Assembly (NCBI GenBank): GCA_963663965.2
Contig: CAXXFK010000010.1
Coordinates: 64,001-128,000, forward strand
From: Sedimentisphaerales bacterium
GTDB taxonomy: Bacteria > Planctomycetota > Phycisphaerae > Sedimentisphaerales > SM23-30
DNA length: 64,000 nucleotides
Reading direction: 5' to 3'
The translations under genes and the position numbers were made by a program. Positions 18,395 to 28,219 of the stretch are shown here, in pieces. The notes below the pieces were generated by a model that was not told where the DNA came from, made no database searches, and was given only the letters and a program-made list of their open reading frames with translations. Every line of letters begins with the position of its first letter. Position 1 is the stretch's first letter.

Positions 18395-20659
18395 ATGAAA
18401 ACGTTTAAATCCATCTTTATCGGTATTCTGATTTTAGTCGCAGGATTCAGTATCATTCACGCAGCCATTGGAGAGGCGAGTCCGGCCGAGAAACTGATCG
18501 CCTGTTTGCCCGACGATACCCTGGGAGCTGTCGCATTCAGTGGCAGTCACGCTCTCAATGTACCTTTTGAGCAAAGTCATCTGGGTCTTTTTTTCGCCGA
18601 TCCCGGCATTCAGGCTTATCAATACAGCCTCATCAATTCAATCAAAACACTGATATTGAAAAATGCCAATCATGGTAATCCGGAAGAGATCAATGCAACG
18701 ATTGTCCGGGGACAGGCGTTATTATCAAAACTGCTGGAATATCCAATCGTTATTGGATGCGGCCAGAATACTGATCATGACACCCTCCCAGTTTATCTTT
18801 ATGCCATGATTGAAACCAGCCATGATCCTGCCGGTTTTAAGGATATGATAAATCAAATCTATGAAATGGCAGGTTTCGATGAACATTCTCTGACAGAGTT
18901 TACTACCCAGTTCGATTTTAATGGGCATACGCTAACGGTATTTAACAAATATGAAAATGACCATTACCCGGGGCGGATCAGTTTTGGCCGGATCGGCAGC
19001 CGTTTTATCATGTCACTGGAACCGGAACCCGGTTTTACGATTCAGAAACTCTCGGTATCGAATAATCAGACATTGAAAAGCCAATTAGCCGCTCAAGCAG
19101 GCAACGGTGACATTGGCTTGATCTACCTGAATACTGCCGCCATTCGCCAGTTCGTTTGCAGTCTGGTCAGTAAGGCAATAAAACCGGAAGAGTTCGATAA
19201 ACTACAGCAAGCGGTCACACAACTCGGATTGGATCAAAGCGGAGCCCTGATCAGCCGGATTGGATTTAACCACCAAGATTTAACCACCGATTCCAGTCTG
19301 GCTCTCAAGATGTCCGGCCAGGGATTGACCGGTCTGATGAAGCCCATCAATCTGGATATTTTGAATTATGTGGATGATAAGGTGATGGACGTCAATATCT
19401 GCAATATCGATCTACACCACTTGTATCGGAGCCTGGATCAATTCATCAAAACCATCGCCGATGAAAACGACTATCAGGAATTCATCAACGGTCTGGCGGA
19501 CATCGAGTTCCAAACCGGAATCGATATCGAATCCTATATTTCTTCGATTTCCGGTCCGATGATGATGGCGGCCTATCATATCGGCGCAATCCCGGAGGTC
19601 TATAACGGCGGTTTTTCATTGGTCATCGATTTAAACGATGCAGTCAATTTTGAACAATCCTGCATGAAACTGGGCGGTTTAATTCAATCCGTGGTTGCCA
19701 AAGAAAATCAGCAGATGAATCTTTTTATCATTCAGGATCAGGATATTAACAACCGAACCTATCATAACTGGACGATTCCTCCGCTGGCCATGGCACAGAT
19801 CATGCCCTGCTGGACAATGGTCGATAACCGTTTTGTCCTGGCCAGCAATGCCTCTCTCTGCCAGATGACCGCGGAACAGATCAGTGGTGAACGTTCGGTA
19901 ACCGCCCCCCTGCTCAAGTCAAAACGTTTCCAAAAAACGACAGGGACTCTGCCGGCCAACCTGACCTCATTACGATTTACAGACTCTCGCCAGATGCTGC
20001 AAAATGCCAGAAACGGCCTGCAAATGGTCTTGCCAATGGCTTCGATGGCGCTATCCAGGCAAGGCATATCCATCCCATCCGTATTACCGGCTATTGATCA
20101 CTTGATTGCAGGTTTTGAACCGACCATCTCCTATAGCTGGATGGATACGAATGGGATTCATTCGCATTCCCATGGGCCCATGCCGACAGGTGATGGTCCG
20201 GTACTGGCCGGAAGCGCGGCGCTGGGGATCAGCATTTTAATGCCGGCACTGGGACGAGCGCGCGCCGTGGCCAAAACGGTAGTATGTGCCAACCAGCTAA
20301 AAGGGATCGGGATAGCATGCATCATGTATGCCAACGACCATAGCGGTCATTTTCCGCCGGACTTGTTCAGTCTGACAGGAACCGTTGATTTGCATCCCGA
20401 CCACCTGATATGCCCATCATCCAGTCATCAATCCGGTGACTGTTCATATATTTACCGAGGCGCCGATCTTAATGATTCACATCCAGCCAATATGATTATG
20501 GCATATGACCAAATCGGGAACCATCCAGATGGCTCCCGCAACGTCTTGTATCTTGATGGTCATATCGTAAAAATGAATAATTCCGAACTTAAGCAAGCAA
20601 TAGAGAAGGATAATTCTTTACGCAAAGAACTTAACCTAAACTCAATGCAAGCGGAATGA
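18395..20659 (+). CDS. Secreted DUF3352-like protein fused to a C-terminal DUF1559/H-X9-DG pilin-like domain
   Basis: Signal peptide; C-terminal ILMPALGRARAVAKTVVCANQLKGIGIACIMYANDH and H..G.RNVLYLDGH. Confidence 0.75.
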   Translation: MKTFKSIFIGILILVAGFSIIHAAIGEASPAEKLIACLPDDTLGAVAFSGSHALNVPFEQSHLGLFFADPGIQAYQYSLINSIKTLILKNANHGNPEEINATIVRGQALLSKLLEYPIVIGCGQNTDHDTLPVYLYAMIETSHDPAGFKDMINQIYEMAGFDEHSLTEFTTQFDFNGHTLTVFNKYENDHYPGRISFGRIGSRFIMSLEPEPGFTIQKLSVSNNQTLKSQLAAQAGNGDIGLIYLNTAAIRQFVCSLVSKAIKPEEFDKLQQAVTQLGLDQSGALISRIGFNHQDLTTDSSLALKMSGQGLTGLMKPINLDILNYVDDKVMDVNICNIDLHHLYRSLDQFIKTIADENDYQEFINGLADIEFQTGIDIESYISSISGPMMMAAYHIGAIPEVYNGGFSLVIDLNDAVNFEQSCMKLGGLIQSVVAKENQQMNLFIIQDQDINNRTYHNWTIPPLAMAQIMPCWTMVDNRFVLASNASLCQMTAEQISGERSVTAPLLKSKRFQKTTGTLPANLTSLRFTDSRQMLQNARNGLQMVLPMASMALSRQGISIPSVLPAIDHLIAGFEPTISYSWMDTNGIHSHSHGPMPTGDGPVLAGSAALGISILMPALGRARAVAKTVVCANQLKGIGIACIMYANDHSGHFPPDLFSLTGTVDLHPDHLICPSSSHQSGDCSYIYRGADLNDSHPANMIMAYDQIGNHPDGSRNVLYLDGHIVKMNNSELKQAIEKDNSLRKELNLNSMQAE

Positions 20660-20678
20660 AGGCCACCGAAAAATAGCC

Positions 20679-20719
20679 ATGAAAAAAACCGCGTGTCATC
20701 GACCCGCGGTTTTTTTCAT
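20679..20719. terminator. Bidirectional intrinsic terminator
   Basis: ATGAAAAAAACCGCG...CGCGGTTTTTTTCAT between convergent genes. Confidence 0.85.
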
Positions 20720-20738
20720 CACGTCGTAGTGCAGAGGG

Positions 20739-21476
20739 TTACCTGGAGCTATTCGGTTCTATCATCAGGATGCGTCCGCAACTGGGACAGTACAGAACCT
20801 CATCTTTGGTCATCAGCGCATTTACGGCTTCGAGCGGGACTTTCATAAAACAGCCGCCGCACGTCTGCTCGTTGCGTTTGCTGTCACTGTTCTCAATAAA
20901 TGCCAGCACTTCACCATCGAAACGGTCCGCCAGACGCTGAAAGTGTAATCGTAGTTCATCGGGAACCGCCGCCACCGCTTCATCATGCCTGGCCTGTAAT
21001 TCATCCAGTTTTTCTTTCAACCCTTTCTGACGGGACTGGATCTCCTGGCGTACCTCATTCAATTGCTCATGCGCGGTCTGAATCCTGCTTTCAATCTCTT
21101 TACAGAGTTTCTGATCATCTTCAATCTGGTTAATCAATCCCAGCATCTGATCTTCCAGTTTGGAAGTATCCGCTTTGGTAGTATTGATCTGGGTTAACAC
21201 CGCACTATATTCTTTATTGGTTTTAGCAGAATTGAGACTGACCCGAAGCTTGGCGACCTCCGCTTCCCTTCCCTTTAGATCCATATCCATCTTATCGTAA
21301 TGCATGCGGGTCATTTTTATCTCTTCCCGCTTGGCATTTAACGACGATTCCAGTTGCTTGATATTCTGTTCCTGCTTAAGGATTGTTCTCTGGCCGCTAT
21401 TTAATTTATCTTTAGCTTTTCGTACTTCAACTTCAATCGTCTGTAAATTTACCAGAGAACTCAATATGGGGCCCAT
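20739..21476 (-). CDS. Coiled-coil C4 zinc-ribbon protein (DUF164 / CT398-HP0958 family)
   Basis: Long coiled coil, NKEY motif, CGGCFM...CPSCGRIL. Confidence 0.88.
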   Translation of the reverse strand: MGPILSSLVNLQTIEVEVRKAKDKLNSGQRTILKQEQNIKQLESSLNAKREEIKMTRMHYDKMDMDLKGREAEVAKLRVSLNSAKTNKEYSAVLTQINTTKADTSKLEDQMLGLINQIEDDQKLCKEIESRIQTAHEQLNEVRQEIQSRQKGLKEKLDELQARHDEAVAAVPDELRLHFQRLADRFDGEVLAFIENSDSKRNEQTCGGCFMKVPLEAVNALMTKDEVLYCPSCGRILMIEPNSSR

Positions 21477-21922
21477 GCGTGCTCCTTACTGCGAATAAAA
21501 TGTCAAATAGCCTTATGAACAATCAATCCATTAAGCAACCGGCGACTAAACAGTTGGGCCGGCAAAGATAGATTTTAAGTTCTATCAGGCTAATTGCAAG
21601 AAATATTTTAATTGATCCCATAAAACACACAAAGTCTAACAGATCGTAAAGTATTATCAAAAAAGAAATTAAGGCGTACTAAATCGTATTTATGCCGGTT
21701 TTATTAATTTTTTTTCAATATTTTTATTCGCTTTTGTTTTTTCACGGGCAAATAATTATATAAATTGTTTCACATGACAACCCGGTCCTGATTCATATCT
21801 GCAATCAGGAGATCTGGTAGTCAGATTTTGTATTTCAGCTGTAGTTTTTGTCAGGTCATTGCCTGACGTTGTTTACATGTTGTTTCTGAATTTCCCCCTA
21901 ACTTCAGAAGGAGACTATCGTA

Positions 21923-22963
21923 ATGAAATTTTGGAACAGGGCATTGTTGTCAGTAGTGCTGTTACAGGTGTTGTCAGTTTATGGCCTAGCCGATACTCTT
22001 ACCTTTAATAATGGCGACATAATCAGCGGTAAAATCACCAGCGTCATTGATGGAAAAGTGGTATTTGAGAGCGACATGCTGGGCAAGCAGGAAATTGATC
22101 TGGCAAAAGTCAAAAACCTGACCTCTGACGGCGACTTACCCGTTGAATTAAAGGATGGCACAAAATTTTCCGCTCGAATCCTTTCTGCGGATGAAACGAG
22201 TATTACTTTTGATAAATTTCGTAATCTCCCCTCTCAAAAGATAGTCCGGGACGAACTGGCCGCGGTAAATCGCCCGGAACCCGCGAAACCACGCTGGAAA
22301 GGGGACGTTACCGCCGGTTTGTCCAGTACCCATGGCAACTCATTTTCTGAAAACGCCAGTATCAGCGCCAACACCTCATTAAGGCGTGAAAAAGACCGAA
22401 CGACCCTAGGTGGGTATTACTTATTTGGCCGATCAAAGGGTACTGATGGTGAAAAATACACGACAGAAGAATCATTTACTGTGAATGGTAAATACGATTA
22501 TTATTTCTCGAAAAAATGGTATGGTTTTATCAACGCTCGTTACAAAACAGACCACATCGCCGATCTGGATCGACGGATTATCGCCGGTTTGGGTTCAGGT
22601 TATCAGTGGATCGAAAGCGATGCCATGAATTTCTCTACCGATCTGGGTTTATCGATTCTCAGCGAAAAGTATGTCACCGGGGATACTGAGACGAATTCGG
22701 ATGAATTGTCGTTACGACTGGGCTATCTGTTTGACAAGAAATTCACCGACAGGATCAGTTTTAACCATGGTACGGAATACTATCCCAGTATCCAGAGCGG
22801 TGTATCGGATTATTTCCTATCTTCCAACGCTGAAGTCCGGATTAATCTGACCAATACGATGTACAGCAGTTTCAAGGCCATACTGGATTATGATTCCACT
22901 CCAGGTCCCAGCCAATCCAGTACCGATACTAAATATATTGCCGGTATCGGCTGGTCTTTCTAA
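21923..22963 (+). CDS. DUF481 (YdiY-like) outer-membrane beta-barrel protein
   Basis: Signal peptide, NGDIISG N-terminal domain, WKG...G.S...GNS, alternating beta strands, terminal GIGWSF. Confidence 0.8.
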   Translation: MKFWNRALLSVVLLQVLSVYGLADTLTFNNGDIISGKITSVIDGKVVFESDMLGKQEIDLAKVKNLTSDGDLPVELKDGTKFSARILSADETSITFDKFRNLPSQKIVRDELAAVNRPEPAKPRWKGDVTAGLSSTHGNSFSENASISANTSLRREKDRTTLGGYYLFGRSKGTDGEKYTTEESFTVNGKYDYYFSKKWYGFINARYKTDHIADLDRRIIAGLGSGYQWIESDAMNFSTDLGLSILSEKYVTGDTETNSDELSLRLGYLFDKKFTDRISFNHGTEYYPSIQSGVSDYFLSSNAEVRINLTNTMYSSFKAILDYDSTPGPSQSSTDTKYIAGIGWSF

Positions 22964-22983
22964 AAACATGAAACCGTTAAAAA

Positions 22984-23030
22984 GCCTGTCAGGACATTGC
23001 CTGTGGTGATGTCCTGACCGGCATTATTTT
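22984..23030 (+). terminator. Probable intrinsic terminator
   Basis: GTCAGGACAT...ATGTCCTGAC stem followed by ATTATTTT. Confidence 0.55.
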
Positions 23031-23228
23031 CACAAGTCATTTATTTATCCTAAGTTATGACAAAGCCGGCCGGTATCAGGATTTAGATTTACATATTGAT
23101 ATTGCAATAAACCGTATCTTTGGTTATACTATTGGACTAATTCTGTCACTATAGAGTGCCACAGGCAATCTAACTAATTGATAAATAGCAAGTTAAAGAC
23201 CATACGATCCAAGTAAGGAGCCTGGCTG

Positions 23229-24035
23229 ATGCGTAAAAAATTTATTGCTGGCAACTGGAAAATGAATATGACCGCTTCCAGCGCGATCGATCTGGTGAAA
23301 GCTCTAAATGAGCAAATAATCGCCGGGGGTGTGGCCGGCAGTGTCGATGTCGCCGTATGTCCCCCGTTCGTCTATCTGCCTGCGGTTATCGCAACCCTCA
23401 AAGGTTCGCCGATTGCTGTTGGAGCACAGAATTGTTATCTGGAAGCCAGCGGCGCCTATACCGGCGAAATCAGTCCGGCGATGCTCAAGGATATCGGTTG
23501 CCAGTTTGTTATTCTGGGCCATTCGGAACGCCGCCATATAATGGGTGAAACCGATGAAGTTATTAATACTAAAATCAAACTCGCGCTGGAAACCGGCCTG
23601 AATCCGATCTTCTGCATTGGGGAACTGCTCGAAGAGCGGGAAGCCAATCAGACCGAAACTGTTCTGGAACGCCAGATTCGCCAGGGCCTAGCCGGCCTGA
23701 CTGCCGAACAGATGCAAAAGATTACTGTCGCTTATGAACCCGTCTGGGCTATCGGTACCGGAAAAACAGCGACCCCCGGCCAGGCTCAGGAAGCCCATAA
23801 ATTCAGCCGGTCTATTCTGGCGGATCTATTTGGCGCCAGCGTGGCCGCCAATATTCGTATCCAGTACGGCGGAAGTGTGAAAGCCGACAATGCGGCTGAA
23901 TTACTCACTCAACCGGATGTGGATGGGGCTTTGGTTGGCGGCGCCAGTCTGAAAGTCGGAGATTTCACCGCGATTATCCTGGCCGGCAAGCCGGCCGGCG
24001 GTGGATGTGGGTGCGGTTGTTCCTGCGGAATGTAA
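23229..24035 (+). CDS. tpiA: Triosephosphate isomerase with Cys-rich C-terminal extension
   Basis: AGNWKMN, GHSERR, AYEPVWAIGTG, YGGSV, LVGGASL. Confidence 0.98.
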   Translation: MRKKFIAGNWKMNMTASSAIDLVKALNEQIIAGGVAGSVDVAVCPPFVYLPAVIATLKGSPIAVGAQNCYLEASGAYTGEISPAMLKDIGCQFVILGHSERRHIMGETDEVINTKIKLALETGLNPIFCIGELLEEREANQTETVLERQIRQGLAGLTAEQMQKITVAYEPVWAIGTGKTATPGQAQEAHKFSRSILADLFGASVAANIRIQYGGSVKADNAAELLTQPDVDGALVGGASLKVGDFTAIILAGKPAGGGCGCGCSCGM

Positions 24036-24076
24036 AATAGCTTGCCTTGTAGTGGCATTATTGGAGATATGAATCT

Positions 24077-24550
24077 ATGACTCTTGATATTTTCGCTTCC
24101 ATTGGTATTCTACCCCGGTTGGCCGGTGTGTTATTTATCCTGATCGGGATTTTTCTGATTCTGGTCGTCCTGATTCAAAAAGGCCGGGGCGGCGGGCTGG
24201 CCTCGGCATTTGGCGGTTCCGGCGGCCAGAGTGTTTTCGGCAGTAAAACCGGTGATATGCTTACCTGGGTTACCATAGGCGTTACTGTGGTCTTTTTCCT
24301 GCTGGCGATGTACCTGAGCCCCAATTTCAAGCCCAATTACGATGAAGGCGCCGGCACTCCTCAGCTACAGAATACCCAGCCAATAAAGGAAGAAGCCGGA
24401 AACCCTTCCGATAGCACTGGGAGCAGTACTGAAACCACCAGTCCATCCAGCGAGAATACCACCCCGCCGGCCAATGAAACGAATAATGCTTCAACCCCGG
24501 CGCCCGCGCCGACCCCGGCGAATCCCGCTGAAACCGGTGGCAATCCATAA
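24077..24550 (+). CDS. secG: Preprotein translocase subunit SecG
   Basis: VLIQKGRGGGLASAFGG and two TMs; usual tpiA-secG order; P/T-rich tail. Confidence 0.93.
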   Translation: MTLDIFASIGILPRLAGVLFILIGIFLILVVLIQKGRGGGLASAFGGSGGQSVFGSKTGDMLTWVTIGVTVVFFLLAMYLSPNFKPNYDEGAGTPQLQNTQPIKEEAGNPSDSTGSSTETTSPSSENTTPPANETNNASTPAPAPTPANPAETGGNP

Positions 24551-24657
24551 AGCCATTTAATTTCGAACGCTTCGACTCATTCTATCCCCTTTTATGGATC
24601 GAATGGGTCTTTCTCGTTTAACCGCTGTCAGATCGATTGGACATAGAGGGCCGATCC

Positions 24658-25551
24658 ATGCTTTATAGTATGACTGGATATGGCCAGGAACAATATGAGG
24701 CTGATGAAGTCAGTTTCCTGGTTGAAATCAAAACCGTCAATAACCGCTACTTGAAAACCTCGATTCGCCTGCCGGAAGCCTTCGCTTACGCAGAGATCGA
24801 AATAGAGCGTTTAATCAAAGAAAGCGTTAATCGCGGTACAGTCAATTATTTCCTGCACATGAAACAGGGCGGCAATGCCGCCGCACTGAATGTGGACCAT
24901 GCCGCGGTGACCAGTTACCTGAATCATCTGGATCAAATTGCCACTTTCGCCGGCAAACTCAACCTGAATACCCGCGTGGATCTGGCCACGCTCCTGTCGC
25001 TGTACGGTTCGTGCCAGGCCCCGGAATTGACGCCGCAGGAATGCGAAGACATGCTGCAGATCGTTATGGCTATCTCTCGCAAGGCGATCGCGAAACTACA
25101 AACCATGCGTCTGGAAGAAGGCCGTGCATTGCAGACCGATCTGGAAACGAATTGCCAGGTGATCCGAACCACCCTGAATGCCCTTAGTCAGCTAACGGAT
25201 GGCGTGGTCATCAATTATCGCAATAAACTGGTCCAACGCGCCAATGAACTGCTCAGCGGGGTCAATCTCAAGCTGACAGAAGAAGATGTTTTAAAAGAAG
25301 TGGCGATTTTCGCCGAACGTTGCGATATCAATGAAGAAATCCTGCGACTGGGAAGCCATCTGGATCAGTTCAAAAATATATGCGACAACGAGAATCAGGC
25401 CGGTCGCAAGCTGGATTTCCTGACCCAGGAAATGCTGCGAGAAGCCAACACCATTGCCAGCAAGGCGAACGACGCGCGTATCAGCCAAAGTGTCGTAGAC
25501 ATCAAAGTCGCTATCGATCGCTTGCGTGAGCAGGTTCAAAACATTGAATAG
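24658..25551 (+). CDS. yicC: YicC/YloC family endoribonuclease
   Basis: SMTGYG, KTVNNRYL, EEILRL.SH, GRKLDFLTQEMLREANTI, REQVQNIE. Confidence 0.95.
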   Translation: MLYSMTGYGQEQYEADEVSFLVEIKTVNNRYLKTSIRLPEAFAYAEIEIERLIKESVNRGTVNYFLHMKQGGNAAALNVDHAAVTSYLNHLDQIATFAGKLNLNTRVDLATLLSLYGSCQAPELTPQECEDMLQIVMAISRKAIAKLQTMRLEEGRALQTDLETNCQVIRTTLNALSQLTDGVVINYRNKLVQRANELLSGVNLKLTEEDVLKEVAIFAERCDINEEILRLGSHLDQFKNICDNENQAGRKLDFLTQEMLREANTIASKANDARISQSVVDIKVAIDRLREQVQNIE

Positions 25552-25571
25552 CCTGACCGGAGAGAGCCCCC

Positions 25572-26132
25572 ATGCCGGAAGGAAAATTATATATTATCAG
25601 CGGCCCCAGCGGATCAGGCAAAAGCACCATAACCCGCGAAGTGATTGCCAGAACCCGGGCCAGCCTGAGCGTCTCGGCAACCACCCGCCCTCGCAGCGAC
25701 CAGGAAGTTGACGGCGTCGATTACTATTTTATCGACAAACAGGAGTTTGAAACCCGAATTGCACGGGGTGAATTTCTGGAATACGCCCAGGTATTTGACA
25801 ACTATTATGGCACCCCATTAAAACCGGTGCAGGATCAGATCGAAGCCGGCCAGACCGTCATTCTTGAAATCGACGTACAGGGCGGCCTGCAGGTATTTGC
25901 AAAAAAGCCGGACGCCCATGGCGTTTTGATTCTGCCGCCGGATATGGAAGAGCTCAAACGCCGGCTTGTCGCCCGGCAACGCGACAATGAAAACGTGATC
26001 GAAAAACGCCTGAAAAAGGCTGAATGGGAAATTTCCGCCGCCCAGAACAGCGGCCACTATGATTTTGTCATTATCAACGACAACCTCGAACAGGCAATCG
26101 AAAGAGTTGTCGCAATCATTCAACCATCATAA
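25572..26132 (+). CDS. gmk: Guanylate kinase
   Basis: GPSGSGKST, SATTR, YYGT, EIDVQG. Confidence 0.97.
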   Translation: MPEGKLYIISGPSGSGKSTITREVIARTRASLSVSATTRPRSDQEVDGVDYYFIDKQEFETRIARGEFLEYAQVFDNYYGTPLKPVQDQIEAGQTVILEIDVQGGLQVFAKKPDAHGVLILPPDMEELKRRLVARQRDNENVIEKRLKKAEWEISAAQNSGHYDFVIINDNLEQAIERVVAIIQPS

Positions 26133-26148
26133 ATGGAGATTGGATAGT

Positions 26149-26412
26149 ATGATCGAAGCACTGAAACACGACGAACTGGCACTGAAATGTGGCGGCAAAT
26201 TCAAGCTTACCGCCCTGGTCCAGCGCCGACTCAAAGAGCTCATCGAAGGCGCCCGCCCCCTGGTAAACGCCGAAGGCAAGAACATGATTGAAATCGCCAT
26301 CCAGGAAGTTGCCGAAAACAAAATTGAAATCGACCGCGAAAAGACACCCGGCATGGGCACCATCGACATGTCCGGCCGTAAAGTGGAAGAAAACGTCAAA
26401 CCAATGTACTAA
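26149..26412 (+). CDS. rpoZ: RNA polymerase omega subunit
   Basis: GGKFKLTALVQRRLKEL...AIQEV; between gmk and coaC. Start MIEALK. Confidence 0.88.
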   Translation: MIEALKHDELALKCGGKFKLTALVQRRLKELIEGARPLVNAEGKNMIEIAIQEVAENKIEIDREKTPGMGTIDMSGRKVEENVKPMY

Positions 26413-26421
26413 AGACAAGTC

Positions 26422-26982
26422 ATGACGCAAACCCAAGATACAGAAATTCTGCTGGGCGTTACCGGCGGTATTGCCGCCTATAAATCGGCCGATCTCTGTT
26501 CCAGACTGGTACGCCAGGGGTATGGCGTCACAGTCGTCATGACCGAAAACGCGACCCGCTTTGTCACCCCCCTGACCTTTGGCAGCCTGTCGGGACGCAA
26601 AGTCTATACCAGCATGTGGGACAGCCAGAGCGTTTATGATACCCGTCATATCGCCCTAGCCGGTCAGGCCCACCTGATCGTGGTCGCTCCGGCAACAGCG
26701 AATATAATCGCCAAAGCCGCCCAGGGGATCTGTGATGATTTGCTCAGCACCATTCTTTGCGGGCGGAAAACGGATCTGCTCATGGCGCCTGCCATGAATA
26801 CCCAGATGTGGCAAAATGCGGCCACCCAGCGTAATATCGAATTTCTGGTTTCCCGTGGCGTTCATCTTGTCGGTCCGTCAGATGGCAATCTGGCTTGCGG
26901 CGAAATCGGGCCGGGACGCATGAGTGAGCCGGATGAGATCATTCAGCGGATAAAGACCCTGACCGGCGGCACGATTGTCTGA
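26422..26982 (+). CDS. coaC: Phosphopantothenoylcysteine decarboxylase (stand-alone N-terminal half of CoaBC)
   Basis: GVTGGIAAYK, APATAN, APAMNTQMW, LACGEIGPGR. Confidence 0.92.
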   Translation: MTQTQDTEILLGVTGGIAAYKSADLCSRLVRQGYGVTVVMTENATRFVTPLTFGSLSGRKVYTSMWDSQSVYDTRHIALAGQAHLIVVAPATANIIAKAAQGICDDLLSTILCGRKTDLLMAPAMNTQMWQNAATQRNIEFLVSRGVHLVGPSDGNLACGEIGPGRMSEPDEIIQRIKTLTGGTIV

Positions 26983-27024
26983 TAAATCGTTTTCCTATTG
27001 AGAACACTTTACGGTTGACTGATT

Positions 27025-27675
27025 ATGTCATCTCCACGGTCGAAAAAGTTACGCGTATTGATTACCGCCGGTCCTACCCGGGAATATATCGATTCGGTAC
27101 GCTTTTTATCTAATGGTTCATCCGGCCGGATGGGTTATGCCTGTGCCGCAACGGCATTCCGGCGAGGTCATCAGGTTACCTTGATCAGCGGGCCGGTCGA
27201 TTTACCATGCCCGGAAGGGGTCACCCGGATCCAGGTCATCAGCGCCGCCCAGATGGCTGAAGCAGTATTAAAGGCCTACGCGTATTGCGATGCCGTCATT
27301 ATGACGGCCGCCGTCGCCGATTATCGCCCGGTCAGAACATTGACACACAAATTCATCAAATCTCCCGGCCCACTTGCAATCCAACTGGAACGAACTACGG
27401 ACATCCTGGCCGAACTGGGATGGCGTAAAAAACATCAGATATTAATTGGTTTTGCGGTTCAGGACAAAGCCCCACGCCAGAACGCCCGCCGGAAACTCAA
27501 GCAGAAAAATCTGGATGCGATCATACTGAACCATCCATCCGCCCTGGGTTCCACACACAATACGATCGAAATCCTGCGCCCGGGATCCACCTGGGAAATT
27601 TGTCCCAGGCAAACCAAATTACAACTGGCACGGCGTATCGTTGTGCTGGCAGAAACCATGGCATCAAAACGATAA
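27025..27675 (+). CDS. coaB: Phosphopantothenate-cysteine ligase (stand-alone C-terminal half of CoaBC)
   Basis: LITAGPTREYIDSVRFLSNGSSGRMG, AAVADY, GFA. Confidence 0.92.
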   Translation: MSSPRSKKLRVLITAGPTREYIDSVRFLSNGSSGRMGYACAATAFRRGHQVTLISGPVDLPCPEGVTRIQVISAAQMAEAVLKAYAYCDAVIMTAAVADYRPVRTLTHKFIKSPGPLAIQLERTTDILAELGWRKKHQILIGFAVQDKAPRQNARRKLKQKNLDAIILNHPSALGSTHNTIEILRPGSTWEICPRQTKLQLARRIVVLAETMASKR

Positions 27676-27685
27676 AAGCCTGGAT

Positions 27686-28180
27686 TTACCGTCCGGCCGG
27701 GGATGTCCGGCTGATTTCATTCAGACAACACATGGCTATCGCCAGGGCATCGGCCACATCCGCCGGCGTCGGGATCGTCGCCAGACCCAATTGTGTTTTA
27801 ACGGCATGCTGAATCTGCTGTTTACTGGCGCGGCCATGTCCCACCAGCGATTTTTTGATACGGGTGGCTGAAAATCCCAATGTTTCAACGCCATGCCCGG
27901 CCGCCGCCAGCAAAAACATGCCCCGCGCGTGTCCCATTAATATCGCCGTCCTGGGATGCTTGTAATGCGCGTACAACTCTTCGATCGCCATGCATTGAAC
28001 AGGATATTCATTCAATATGGCATCAATATCCCGATAGATCTGATGAAGCCGCTTTTCAATGGGTAATCTGGTTTCTGCACGAATCGCGCCGGCGTCCACG
28101 ACTTCGATTCGAGGCCCATGCTGCCGCAAAACCGCATAGCCGCTGGTTTGTAATCCCGGATCAATTCCAAGCACTAGCAT
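27686..28180 (-). CDS. ruvC: Holliday junction resolvase RuvC
   Basis: LGIDPG, AIEE, G.GRASK.Q, DVADALAIA. Confidence 0.96.
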   Translation of the reverse strand: MLVLGIDPGLQTSGYAVLRQHGPRIEVVDAGAIRAETRLPIEKRLHQIYRDIDAILNEYPVQCMAIEELYAHYKHPRTAILMGHARGMFLLAAAGHGVETLGFSATRIKKSLVGHGRASKQQIQHAVKTQLGLATIPTPADVADALAIAMCCLNEISRTSPAGR

Positions 28181-28219
28181 GCTAACCTTTTAATGCTTAC
28201 TGGATGACACCGCATTGAC

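Noticed and set aside
21477..21922. RNase P RNA or c-di-GMP riboswitch next to the DUF164 gene
   Set aside because: The conserved rnpB motifs are absent, and GGCAAA is not followed by the riboswitch's second conserved segment.
24551..24657. tRNA after secG, as found in many bacteria
   Set aside because: No cloverleaf, T-loop or CCA end; only a weak hairpin.
26980..27024. Selenocysteine or stop read-through joining coaC and coaB
   Set aside because: The TGA is immediately followed by TAA and later another in-frame TGA.
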